Assembly: GCA_963794325.1 (NCBI GenBank)
Contig: CAWCDG010000004.1
Coordinates: forward strand, 1,760,001 to 1,824,000
Direction: 5' to 3'
DNA from: an uncultured delta proteobacterium
GTDB lineage: Bacteria; Desulfobacterota; Binatia; Binatales; Binataceae
DNA: 64,000 bases
Below are positions 29,181 through 38,159 of the stretch, piece after piece; position 1 is the first letter of the stretch, and each line of letters begins with the position of its first letter. A program made the position numbers and the translations under genes. The notes under the pieces are model-generated. The model was not told the DNA's origin and made no database searches. It saw nothing but the letters and a program-made list of their open reading frames with translations.

Positions 29181-30404
29181 TTATTTTCCGTCCTTCCGGA
29201 TGCCGCGGCCGAAGTCCCATTTGTGCCCCTTCTTGAACTCGCTGACGATTCGCCGCGACACCACCATCCGATGCACTTCGTCGGGCCCGTCGTAGATTCG
29301 TGCGAAGCGCGCGTGACGATACATCCGGGCGAGCGGAGTATCCTCCGACACGCCCATCGCGCCATGCACCTGGATCGCGCGATCGATCACGTCGTGGAGC
29401 ACCTTCGCGCCAAAGAACTTGATCAGTGATATCTCGACGCGCGCCTCGTCGCCGGCGTCGATCTTCGCCGCGGCGTTGAGCGTGAGCAATCGCGCGGCCT
29501 GGATTTCTGCGGCCGAGTCGGCAATCCAGTTCTGAATCGTCTGCTTGTCGGACAGCGGGCCGCCGAACGCCTGGCGATTGATCGCCCGATCCACCATCAG
29601 CTCGAACGCGCGCTGCGCCTGCCCCAGCCATCGCATGCAATGGTAGATGCGCCCCGGTCCGAGCCGCTTCTGCGCTATCGTGAACGCCTGTCCGCGCGGC
29701 CCGAGCAGGTTGGTCAGCGGCACGCGCACATCGGTGTATTTGATCTCGCAATGCCCGCCCGACGTCTCGCCCATCACGGGCACGATGCGCACGATGTGAT
29801 AGCCCTTGGTGTCGGTCGGCACGACTATCATGCTGAAGCGCTCATGCGCCGGCGCGTCGGGCTCCGTCACGCACATCACGGTCGAGAACGCGGCGACGTT
29901 GGCGCCGCTGGTGAACCATTTGTGGCCGTTGATTACCCATTCGTCGCCGTCCTGCACCGCGCGCGTGCGCAGTCCGGTCGGATCGGCGCCGGAGACCTCG
30001 GGTTCGGTCATCGAGAAGCTCGGATAGATGTCGCCGTTGACCAGCGGCGCGAGCCATCGCTTTTTCTGTTCGGGATTTCCGTACAGGTGCAGCATGGTCG
30101 CGTCCTGGGCAGAATGCGTACCGAGGCCGGCGATCGCATACTCGCTGCGCCCGACGATTTCATTGACGAAGACGTAGGGCATGAACTCGAGTCCGCCTCC
30201 GCCGATTTCCTTCGGCAGCCCAAGCGCCCATAGCCCGCGCTTTTTCGCCTCCGCCTGAATCGCCTTGAAAGTGCGCGACGCTTCCTCACCGCCGCTCTCG
30301 AGAATTTTTTCGTTAGGATAGATCAGCTCGCCAAGAAAATTGGAGACGCGATTGCGCAAATCCTGCACTTCCGGACTCGCTTCGATTTCAGCAACACTTT
30401 GCAT
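29181..30404 (-). CDS. Acyl-CoA dehydrogenase
   Basis: FSMTEPEVSGAD, WVINGHKWFTSG, RLGPGRIYHCMR, IQVHGAMG, RIYDGPDEVH. Confidence 0.93.
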   Translation of the reverse strand: MQSVAEIEASPEVQDLRNRVSNFLGELIYPNEKILESGGEEASRTFKAIQAEAKKRGLWALGLPKEIGGGGLEFMPYVFVNEIVGRSEYAIAGLGTHSAQDATMLHLYGNPEQKKRWLAPLVNGDIYPSFSMTEPEVSGADPTGLRTRAVQDGDEWVINGHKWFTSGANVAAFSTVMCVTEPDAPAHERFSMIVVPTDTKGYHIVRIVPVMGETSGGHCEIKYTDVRVPLTNLLGPRGQAFTIAQKRLGPGRIYHCMRWLGQAQRAFELMVDRAINRQAFGGPLSDKQTIQNWIADSAAEIQAARLLTLNAAAKIDAGDEARVEISLIKFFGAKVLHDVIDRAIQVHGAMGVSEDTPLARMYRHARFARIYDGPDEVHRMVVSRRIVSEFKKGHKWDFGRGIRKDGK

Positions 30405-30481
30405 GGCAGTTCTCCTCAGCGCACCTCGCGCGAATTTCCGAAATTGAAAATTCGCGCAAACGCCCGGTCGCTGCAAGAGCA

Positions 30482-30901
30482 TCAAGTGCTCCAGCGCCAT
30501 TGCGCGAGCAGAGCCCCTATCGCGAGGACGGAGCCAATCGAGCCGGCCGAAATCAACGTCACGGCGGCATTCTCCTGCCATGGCTTTGCAACCAGGCCGG
30601 CGCCGGCGATTGGTATGGATTTGCCGGTTCCAAAAACCGCGCCGACCACGAGGCCGATCCACAATACGTACAGCGAAATCCACATCGTATGCCCGATCAA
30701 GCTCGCCCATCCGACAGAAATCCTCAGATGTAGCAGCAGCAGGCCAAACGCGATAAGCCCAAGGCCGCTCTCGATCGCGTCAAGATGCGCGGAGACGCCG
30801 ATGCGGGGGCTGCGGAATTTGGGAATGCCAACTCCGGTGAGCAGGCCGAGCAGAAACAGTAGCGCGCCCATGAAACTCAGGGTCGATGAAATCGCTTCCA
30901 T
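30482..30901 (-). CDS. Small 4-TM membrane protein, possibly styrene-oxide-isomerase-like
   Basis: GALLFLLGLLTG..SAHLDAIESG; GGAGGAG RBS before ATG 30901. Confidence 0.65.
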   Translation of the reverse strand: MEAISSTLSFMGALLFLLGLLTGVGIPKFRSPRIGVSAHLDAIESGLGLIAFGLLLLHLRISVGWASLIGHTMWISLYVLWIGLVVGAVFGTGKSIPIAGAGLVAKPWQENAAVTLISAGSIGSVLAIGALLAQWRWST

Positions 30902-30917
30902 TGGCTCCTCCAATATT

Positions 30918-30964
30918 ACAGACTTACGGTCGGTATATTGAATACTTATCGACCGTGAGTCGGT
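30918..30964. promoter_or_regulatory. Putative TetR operator pair in the divergent promoter
   Basis: ACAGAC-TTACG-GTCGGT and ATCGAC-CGTGA-GTCGGT; arms 30921-35 and 30947-61 form an inverted repeat with 2 mismatches. Confidence 0.65.
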
Positions 30965-30988
30965 TTGTCAACGGCAGAAGGAAAAATC

Positions 30989-31579
30989 ATGGTTACCCAG
31001 GCTGAACGACGTTCGACAACCATCCGGGCCATTCTTGATGCCGCCAGGCGTTTGTTCATTTCGCGTGGATTCGAGCAGACCAGTGTCGACGAGATTGCCG
31101 CGCTGGCGCAGGTCGCCAAAGGCGCCGTCTACCATCATTTCGCTTCCAAGGAATTGATTTTTGCCCAGGTCTTCGAGGAGATGACGGCCGAGCTCGCGAC
31201 GCTCGTGCCACCGGCCGCGCGGGCGGGCAAGGACGTACTCGACATTATCCGGCGCGGCACGCTGAAGTACCTAACCTTGATCGCGGGCGACAAATTTCGC
31301 CAGGTGCTGCTGATCGATGGTCCGAAAGTGCTTGGATGGGAACATTGGCGCGCGATCGACGCGCGTTACTTCGGCGGGACGATGAACACGCCGCTTGGTG
31401 CGGTGCTGAAGCAGCGCGCCTCAGCTCGCGAGATCGAAGCGCTGGGCCATCTGATCGCCGGCGCGATCAGCGAGGCAGCCCTGGTTTGCGCAGCCTCCAA
31501 CCACCGCGTCCGCGCCGCGAAAGACCTGAGCGCCGCTTTGCAAAAGATGCTGGCGCCGTTCTTCAGTCGGCAGCCCTGA
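30989..31579 (+). CDS. TetR/AcrR regulator
   Basis: ILDAARRLF..GFEQTSVDEIA..VAKGAVYHHFASKE. Confidence 0.93.
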   Translation: MVTQAERRSTTIRAILDAARRLFISRGFEQTSVDEIAALAQVAKGAVYHHFASKELIFAQVFEEMTAELATLVPPAARAGKDVLDIIRRGTLKYLTLIAGDKFRQVLLIDGPKVLGWEHWRAIDARYFGGTMNTPLGAVLKQRASAREIEALGHLIAGAISEAALVCAASNHRVRAAKDLSAALQKMLAPFFSRQP

Positions 31580-31634
31580 CAGAAATCCGGTGGGCTGCGA
31601 TCGAGCAGTGTGATACGAACCAGTAAGTGTCTTG

Positions 31635-31665
31635 TGTCATTCTAGAGCGAAGCGAAGAATCCCGG
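31635..31665 (+). repeat. Family C half element
   Basis: TGTCATTCTAGAGCGAAGCGAAGAATCCCGG, similar to 4239-4273. Confidence 0.7.
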
Positions 31666-31733
31666 TGCTGTGCCCGCCGCCTACGAGCGCCTGTAACGAC
31701 AACGCTCCTTCGACGCCGAAGGAGAAGGTGGCA

Positions 31734-31970
31734 ATGAAATGCATGGTGTGTAAGCACGGCGAGACGCAGCCCGGCAAAACCACAGTGACGCTCGAGCGGG
31801 GCGGTGTGACTTCGGTGGTCAAAAGCGTTCCCGCACAAGTCTGCGACAATTGCGGCGAGGCCTATGTCGACCAGCACCTTACCGGTCAGCTTTTGGGGAC
31901 GGTCGACGAGGCACTTCGGGCTGGAATCCAAGTCGACGTCCGCGAATTTGCGGCGACCAACAAAGCTTAG
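31734..31970 (+). CDS. YgiT-type zinc finger / MqsA-like antitoxin (orphan)
   Basis: MKCMVC..G.TTVTLER..VVKSVPAQVCDNCGEAY. Confidence 0.85.
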   Translation: MKCMVCKHGETQPGKTTVTLERGGVTSVVKSVPAQVCDNCGEAYVDQHLTGQLLGTVDEALRAGIQVDVREFAATNKA

Positions 31971-31984
31971 AAAGGAAAAATGAA

Positions 31985-32608
31985 ATGATCGATCTTTACA
32001 CCTGGACGACGCCTAATGGCCGCAAGGTCTCGGTTATGCTCGAGGAGTGCGGCCTTGAGTACTCGGTTCATCCGATCAACATTCGCGAACAGCAGCAGTT
32101 CAAGCCGGAGTTCGTGGAGATTTGTCCGAACAGCAAGATTCCCGCGATTGTCGATCATGACGCGGACGTCTCGCTCTTCGAGTCGGGCGCGATACTGGTG
32201 CATCTGGCGGAGAAGACCGGCAAGTTTCTGCCGGCGAAAGATCCCGGGCGCGCGAAGGTGCTCGAATGGCTTTTCTGGCAGATGGCGAATGTCGGTCCGA
32301 TGTTCGGGCAGGTCAACCATTTCGTCAACGGCGCGCCGGAAAAGATTCCCTACGCGATAGATCGCTATGCCAATGAATCCGCGCGGCTGATCAAAGTGCT
32401 CGACAACCAGCTCGCGAACACCGAATACATGGCGGGTGCATATTCGATCGCCGACATAGCGACCTACCCGTGGCTGGTCGTCGGCTTTCCCGCGATCAAA
32501 GCCGTGAAGCCCGACGTGGTTGGCGAAGCCGCGAACGTCGCGCGATGGCTCGCCGCAGTCGGCGAGCGTCCGGCGGTGAAGAAGGGCATGGCAGTGCCGA
32601 AGGTCTGA
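31985..32608 (+). CDS. Glutathione S-transferase (YfcG-like)
   Basis: MIDLYTWTTPNGRK, PNSKIPAIVD, FESGAIL, YSIADIATYPW. Confidence 0.92.
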   Translation: MIDLYTWTTPNGRKVSVMLEECGLEYSVHPINIREQQQFKPEFVEICPNSKIPAIVDHDADVSLFESGAILVHLAEKTGKFLPAKDPGRAKVLEWLFWQMANVGPMFGQVNHFVNGAPEKIPYAIDRYANESARLIKVLDNQLANTEYMAGAYSIADIATYPWLVVGFPAIKAVKPDVVGEAANVARWLAAVGERPAVKKGMAVPKV

Positions 32609-32707
32609 CGCGCCGCGAAGCGATCGATTGATCGAACCCATCGGGCGCCGCGAGCGTTCTGACGGATTCATTTGACAGCGCGCGCCTCGATGCGCTGAAT
32701 TCGACCG

Positions 32708-33211
32708 ATGGCAGAGCCTACATCAATCCCAAAACCCGATCTCCACGGATCGATCAATCACGTCTCGATCACGGTCAGCGATTTGCCCGAGGCGATGAAA
32801 TTTTTCGGGCCGCTGCTCAAATTCCTTGGCTACACCGTCGGCGCAGTGCAACGGTCGCGGGCCGGCGGCGACCTCACGTTCAACATCAACCAGTCCAACG
32901 GAATCGCTTTCAACATCTGGCAGGCGAAACCCGAGCTGGCGAGCCATCGCTTTGAAGTTTACGAACCGGGCCTGCATCACGTGGCGTTCAACGTCCAGCG
33001 GCACGAGCAGGTTGATGTACTGTTCGAGTTGGTTCGTAAGCTCGGCGCGGAAATTCTAGACGGTCCCGGTGAGTTTCCGTTCGGGCCGGGCGGCTATTAC
33101 GCCTTTTATTTTCTCGGGCCCGATCGCCTGAAATTCGAAATCGTCCATATGCCGCTGGCGGAGCGGAACTACCGCCAGATGATCGACGCGCTCGAACGCG
33201 GGACGCGCTAA
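32708..33211 (+). CDS. VOC/glyoxalase family protein
   Basis: INHVSITVSD, GLHHVAF, YYAFYFLGPDRLKFE. Confidence 0.88.
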   Translation: MAEPTSIPKPDLHGSINHVSITVSDLPEAMKFFGPLLKFLGYTVGAVQRSRAGGDLTFNINQSNGIAFNIWQAKPELASHRFEVYEPGLHHVAFNVQRHEQVDVLFELVRKLGAEILDGPGEFPFGPGGYYAFYFLGPDRLKFEIVHMPLAERNYRQMIDALERGTR

Positions 33212-33213
33212 CG

Positions 33214-34416
33214 ATGCGGTATCGGGCGCTCAGCGACGTTCGCGTCGTCGATCTGACGCATTTCATCGCGGGTCCCTACGCCACGAAGCTGCTGGCGGAC
33301 ATGGGCGCCGATGTCGTCAAGGTCGAGCCGGTGTGGGGCGAGAGCGGACGCAAGCTGGGACCGCATCGCGCGAACGTCGAGGAGCGCGGCGGCTTGTTCG
33401 CGTTTCTAAATCTCAACAAACGCGGCGTCACCTTGAACCTGAAGCATCAGCGCGGCCGCGAACTCTTCGCGAGACTGCTCGACGGCGCCGATCTTCTAAT
33501 GGAAAACTTCGCGCCCGGCACGCTCGACGCGCTGGGTCTCGCGCCTGACGAGTTGATCGCGAAGTTCCCGCGCTTGTCGGTCGTTTCGATTTCGAATTTC
33601 GGGCAGGACGGACTGGAGCGCGACGGCAGGCTGAATGACCTGGTGCTGTTCGCGCGTGGCGGATGGACGTTTCCAGTAGGCGAGGCGAATCGGGAACCGC
33701 TGACACCGCCTGGCTCGCTCGCGCAGTATGTCACGGCGCTGTACGGGGCGATTGCCGCGATGCAGGCGCTGGCGGCGCGTGATCTCGGACTCGGTCACGG
33801 GCAGCATATCGACGTTTCGATTCTCGAGGCGACGGTCGCGACGATGATCTATGAGACCGTCACGTTTCAGTACACCGGCATCGTGCGCAGCCGCGCGGGC
33901 AAGCGCTTCGCGGTCGGGCCGTTTTTGATCGTGACGCTGAAATGCAAAGACGGATACGCGGGGCTGCATTGCGTGACCGACAAGCAATTCGAGAGTCTGT
34001 GCGATCTGATGGGGCGTCGCGAGCTCGCTTCCGATCCGCGGTTCAACACCGCGCTCAACCGGATGCTCAACAATGACCCGCTGCTGGAAATCGTCGAACA
34101 GTTTTTCCTCGGACGCGAACGGCGGTGGCTGTACCGTGAGGGGCAGCGGCGCGCGATTCCGCTGGTGCCGATACCGAGCGTAGCCGAGTTGCTCGAGTGG
34201 GAACAGACGCGGGCGCGAAATTATTTCGAAACGATCGACGATCCAGTGCTGGGAAAGATTCGCGTGCCGGGGACGCCGCTGCGATTGACGTCGCATCGCC
34301 CCGAAGTGTCACGACCCGCGCCGCGACTGGGCGAGCACAATCGCGAGATCTTCGGCGGGCGTTTGGGACTGAGCGACAGTGAGATCGCGACTCTGAAAGG
34401 AGCGCGCACGATATGA
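33214..34416 (+). CDS. Family III CoA-transferase (Asp-less subunit)
   Basis: RVVDLTHFIAGP, NLNKRGVTLNL, ISNFGQDG, GQHIDVSILEA, APRLGEHN. Confidence 0.92.
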   Translation: MRYRALSDVRVVDLTHFIAGPYATKLLADMGADVVKVEPVWGESGRKLGPHRANVEERGGLFAFLNLNKRGVTLNLKHQRGRELFARLLDGADLLMENFAPGTLDALGLAPDELIAKFPRLSVVSISNFGQDGLERDGRLNDLVLFARGGWTFPVGEANREPLTPPGSLAQYVTALYGAIAAMQALAARDLGLGHGQHIDVSILEATVATMIYETVTFQYTGIVRSRAGKRFAVGPFLIVTLKCKDGYAGLHCVTDKQFESLCDLMGRRELASDPRFNTALNRMLNNDPLLEIVEQFFLGRERRWLYREGQRRAIPLVPIPSVAELLEWEQTRARNYFETIDDPVLGKIRVPGTPLRLTSHRPEVSRPAPRLGEHNREIFGGRLGLSDSEIATLKGARTI

Positions 34417-35663
34417 ACTCGATCTTCGACGGCAAGCTTCGCGTGCTCGATCTCTCGATGGGCTGGGCGGGGCCGCTGGTCGGTCAGATGTTCGCCGAGA
34501 TGGGCGCCGAGGTGATCAAGGTCGAGGACACGCATCATTTCGACTGGTGGCGCGGTTCGCTCTCGATGGCGCCGGCCGAGATGCAGCCAATCGAGCGCGC
34601 GGGAGTCTTCAACACCGCGAATCGAGGCAAGCGGGGTATCACGCTCGATCTTTCAGGTACGCGAGGAATCGAAATTCTGAAACGTCTGATCGGCAGCGCA
34701 GACATCCTGGTCGAGAATTTCAGTCCGGGGGTGATGGATCGGCTGGGGCTCGGCTACGATGCTCTATCCGCAATCAATCAGCGGCTCATCATGATCTCGA
34801 TGCCGTCGTTCGGGAGCGACGGCCCCGAATGCAACGCGCGCGGCTACGGCAACACGGTCGAGGCGATGGCGGGAGTGACGGGGCTGACGGGATATCACGA
34901 CGGCGACGGGCAGCGTTACACGCTGAGTAACGCGCTTGGCGATCCGGTCGGCGGATTGCACGGCGTATTCGCGTTGATGGTTGCGCTGCGCGAACGCGAA
35001 CGCACCGGACGAGGGCAGTTGATTGAGCTGGCGCAGGTCGAGTCGCTGATTCCGTTCGCGGCCGAGGCGATTCTCGATTTTCAATTCAGTGGGAAGGTGC
35101 CGGAGGCGCGCGGCAACCGGCATCGCGAGCACGCGCCGCACGGAATCTATCGATGCGCGGGTGACGACAACTGGATCGCGCTTGCGTGCGAGACCGACGA
35201 GCAGTGGCATCGTCTCGCGAGCAGTTTGGGGATCGATGATAAACGCTTCGCGACTGCGTCCGAGCGGAAGGCGAACGAGGATGCGCTCGACGCGGAACTC
35301 TCGCGCGCGATTGCACAACTGGACGCCGACCAATGCGTCGAGCGCCTTCGCGATGCGGGCGTGCTGGTCGCGCCGGTGAACTCGGCGCCGGCGGTAATGG
35401 CCGATCCGCAAATCCAGAGCCGCGAGTACTTCGTCGCGATCGAGCGCGCCATCGTCGGGACGCATCTCTATCCCGGCGCAGTCGCGCGCATCCCGGAGAC
35501 TCCGCTGCGTGCCGACGCGCCCGCGCCGTTGTTGGGCGAGCACAACCGCCAGGTCTTCGGCGAGCTGCTCAAGATGAGTGACGACGAGATTGCCGAACTC
35601 GAGCGCAGCGGCGTGATCGGGTCGAGCCCGCGTCAGTACCGAATTGGAGACCGCACGACGTAA
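34413..35663 (+). CDS. Family III CoA-transferase (catalytic-Asp subunit)
   Basis: RVLDLSMGWAGP, NRGKRGITLDL, ENFSPG, ALGDPVGG, APLLGEHN. Confidence 0.92.
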   Translation: MNSIFDGKLRVLDLSMGWAGPLVGQMFAEMGAEVIKVEDTHHFDWWRGSLSMAPAEMQPIERAGVFNTANRGKRGITLDLSGTRGIEILKRLIGSADILVENFSPGVMDRLGLGYDALSAINQRLIMISMPSFGSDGPECNARGYGNTVEAMAGVTGLTGYHDGDGQRYTLSNALGDPVGGLHGVFALMVALRERERTGRGQLIELAQVESLIPFAAEAILDFQFSGKVPEARGNRHREHAPHGIYRCAGDDNWIALACETDEQWHRLASSLGIDDKRFATASERKANEDALDAELSRAIAQLDADQCVERLRDAGVLVAPVNSAPAVMADPQIQSREYFVAIERAIVGTHLYPGAVARIPETPLRADAPAPLLGEHNRQVFGELLKMSDDEIAELERSGVIGSSPRQYRIGDRTT

Positions 35664-35706
35664 TCCGCGCGCGACAGCGGAGCGCGGCCTTAATACTGAA
35701 AAAAGG

Positions 35707-36042
35707 TTAGTCCAGGTTGTCCTTGGGGACGAAGCCGTGCATGCCTTTGAAGGCGCCGTCGAGGATCTCGACCTGCGCTCCGCGGTCGTCGCTATTGATG
35801 ACTCGCACGGGAGTGTTGTTGTCGACCTGCTTGGCGGCGAGGCCTTCGCCGAGGCCTCCGATCATTCCGCCGACGACGCCGCCTTGTTTTTTCAAATCGG
35901 TCAGTTTGACGAAGGTGTTTTCGTCGGGATAGACGGCGACGGTGCTCTCGCCGTTGTGCGCGACCAGCTTATGACCGCATCCGGCGAGGGCTATCATACA
36001 TCCAATCACAGCTGCGCAGATGACGACCGTCGAAATTCGCAT
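35707..36042 (-). CDS. Hypothetical lipoprotein
   Basis: Signal peptide with LAGC lipobox. Confidence 0.7.
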   Translation of the reverse strand: MRISTVVICAAVIGCMIALAGCGHKLVAHNGESTVAVYPDENTFVKLTDLKKQGGVVGGMIGGLGEGLAAKQVDNNTPVRVINSDDRGAQVEILDGAFKGMHGFVPKDNLD

Positions 36043-36186
36043 CGCGAGGTTCCTCTATCGCGGGTTCTAGCATGAGTTTCGGGAAAACAGCCACACGAGC
36101 CTTTGTGCGGGCGAAAACTCTAAAATTGCGAGGCATTCGGGGCCGTGATAGGGTTGACGATTCGCGCCTGGTGGAACGAAATCGTG

Positions 36187-36726
36187 ATGCGAATCGGTCT
36201 TATCTCAGACACTCATATTCCCGAAGCCTGCGAGCATCTTCCGACGAGGGTGTTCGAGGTGTTTGCGGGGATCGATCTCGTAATGCATGCGGGCGACGTG
36301 TACGTGAATCGTGTGCTGGATGAGCTGTCGGCGATCGCACCGGTGATCGCGGCGCTCGGGAATGGCGATGAGGGACTCGATGGGCATCGGCATCGGCTCG
36401 ATCAAGATGATGAGCGGGTGCGCGAGGCGCACCTGGTCGAGATAGCGGGAGTGCGAATCGGGCTGGTGCATGCGATTCCGACGCCGGACGAGACGTCGGA
36501 GGAAGTGTTTGCACGCGCGATGAATACGCAATTCGGCGGGCCGGTGGACGTGGTCGTGCAAGGTCATAGTCACGTCGAGGGCGTGACGCGGTTCGGCGCG
36601 ACGATGGTAATCAATCCGGGCAGCGCGACGCTGCCACGCAATCTGGTCGGAGTGCCGGGAACGGTCGCGATATTGGAAATCGGCAACGGCGGCGAAGTCT
36701 CCGCCGAAATAATCAGCCTGGCTTGA
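36187..36726 (+). CDS. Metallophosphoesterase (YfcE/MJ0936-like)
   Basis: ISDTH, HAGD, GNGD, GHSH, INPGS. Confidence 0.9.
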   Translation: MRIGLISDTHIPEACEHLPTRVFEVFAGIDLVMHAGDVYVNRVLDELSAIAPVIAALGNGDEGLDGHRHRLDQDDERVREAHLVEIAGVRIGLVHAIPTPDETSEEVFARAMNTQFGGPVDVVVQGHSHVEGVTRFGATMVINPGSATLPRNLVGVPGTVAILEIGNGGEVSAEIISLA

Positions 36727-36759
36727 TCGTGAATGCATCGAGCCAACCAGGAGAAATTT

Positions 36760-38103
36760 TTGTCCGCTGAGAATGCAGTGCCCGCGACCAAACGCGCGGT
36801 CACGATGGAAAAACTGGTTAACCTGTGCAAGCGCCGTGGGATTGTTTTTCCGACGAGCGATATCTACGGGGGACTCGGATCCACTTTCGACTACGGGCCG
36901 CTGGGCGTCGAGCTGAAGCGCAACGTCAAGGAAGCGTGGTGGCGCGAGATGGTCCAGTACCGCAGCGACATGCTGGGGCTGGACTCGGCGATATTTCAGC
37001 ATCCGCGGACGTGGGAAGCGTCGGGGCATTTGCAAAATTTCACCGACCCGATGGTTGATTGCAAGGCGTGCAAGAATCGTTTTCGCGCCGATAAAATTCA
37101 GCGCGACAAATGCCCCGAGTGCGGCGGCCAACTGACGGAGGCGCGCAATTTCAATCTGATGTTCAAGACGTTCATGGGGCCGGTGGAAGAGACCGCTTCG
37201 GTGGTTTATCTGCGGCCGGAAACGGCGCAGGGAATTTTCTCGAACTTCGAGAACATCGTGGATACGCAGCGGGTCAAGCTGCCGTTCGGGGTCGCGCAGC
37301 AGGGCAAATCATTCCGCAACGAAATCACAACCGAGAATTTTATTTTCCGCACCCGCGAGTTCGAGCAGATGGAGATGGAATATTTCGTCCGTCCCGATCG
37401 CGATGAAGAAGAGAAGTGGTATCGCTACTGGGTCGATTTCCGGTTCAACTGGCACGTCAAGTTCGGGATCAAGGCCGACCATCTGCGAAAGCGCGAGCAC
37501 GCGTCCGACGAGTTGTCGCATTATTCGAGCGGCACCACCGACATCGAGTTCCTGTATCCGTTCGGATGGGGCGAGCTCGAAGGCGTGGCGAAGCGCGGCA
37601 GTTTCGACCTCGATCAACACGCCAAGTTCAGCGGCAAGGACCTGACGTATTTCGACGAAGACAGCAAGACGCGCTTTCGGCCGTGGGTGATCGAGCCGGC
37701 GCTCGGCGTCGATCGCGCGATGCTGGCGTTCATGCTCGACGCTTACGACGAGGACGTGGTCGATAACGAAGAGCGAATCGTGCTGCGTCTCGATCCGCGG
37801 CTCGCGCCGATCAAAGTGGCGGTTTATCCGCTACTGCGCAAACTGGGACAACCCGAGAAAGCGATCGCGATACGCGACGCTCTGAAGAAGCATTTCACGG
37901 TCGCCTACGATCAAGCGGGCTCAATCGGCCGGCGCTATCGGCGTCAGGACGAAGTCGGGACGCCGTACGGCGTGACGATCGATCATCAGACGATGGAAGA
38001 CGACACGGTCACCATCCGCGATCGCGATGCGATGACGCAGGAGCGGGTGCCGGCGGCGAGGCTGATCGAAGTCATCGCAGATCGAATCGGCTGGACGCGA
38101 TAA
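36760..38103 (+). CDS. glyQS: Glycine--tRNA ligase, alpha2 type
   Basis: IYGG..DYGPLGVELKRN, LRPETAQG, GKSFRNEI, FRTREFEQME, SIGRRYRRQDEVGTP; AGGAG before TTG 36760. Confidence 0.95.
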   Translation: MSAENAVPATKRAVTMEKLVNLCKRRGIVFPTSDIYGGLGSTFDYGPLGVELKRNVKEAWWREMVQYRSDMLGLDSAIFQHPRTWEASGHLQNFTDPMVDCKACKNRFRADKIQRDKCPECGGQLTEARNFNLMFKTFMGPVEETASVVYLRPETAQGIFSNFENIVDTQRVKLPFGVAQQGKSFRNEITTENFIFRTREFEQMEMEYFVRPDRDEEEKWYRYWVDFRFNWHVKFGIKADHLRKREHASDELSHYSSGTTDIEFLYPFGWGELEGVAKRGSFDLDQHAKFSGKDLTYFDEDSKTRFRPWVIEPALGVDRAMLAFMLDAYDEDVVDNEERIVLRLDPRLAPIKVAVYPLLRKLGQPEKAIAIRDALKKHFTVAYDQAGSIGRRYRRQDEVGTPYGVTIDHQTMEDDTVTIRDRDAMTQERVPAARLIEVIADRIGWTR

Positions 38104-38159
38104 AATCTAAAATTGTCGCCGCGCAGTCTTCGATGCGGCGAGGGGAGCAACGATTTCAC

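Noticed and set aside
29181-30710. 509-aa acyl-CoA dehydrogenase with a long N-terminal extension
   Set aside because: The extension overlaps the membrane-protein gene in another frame; an RBS supports the start at 30404.
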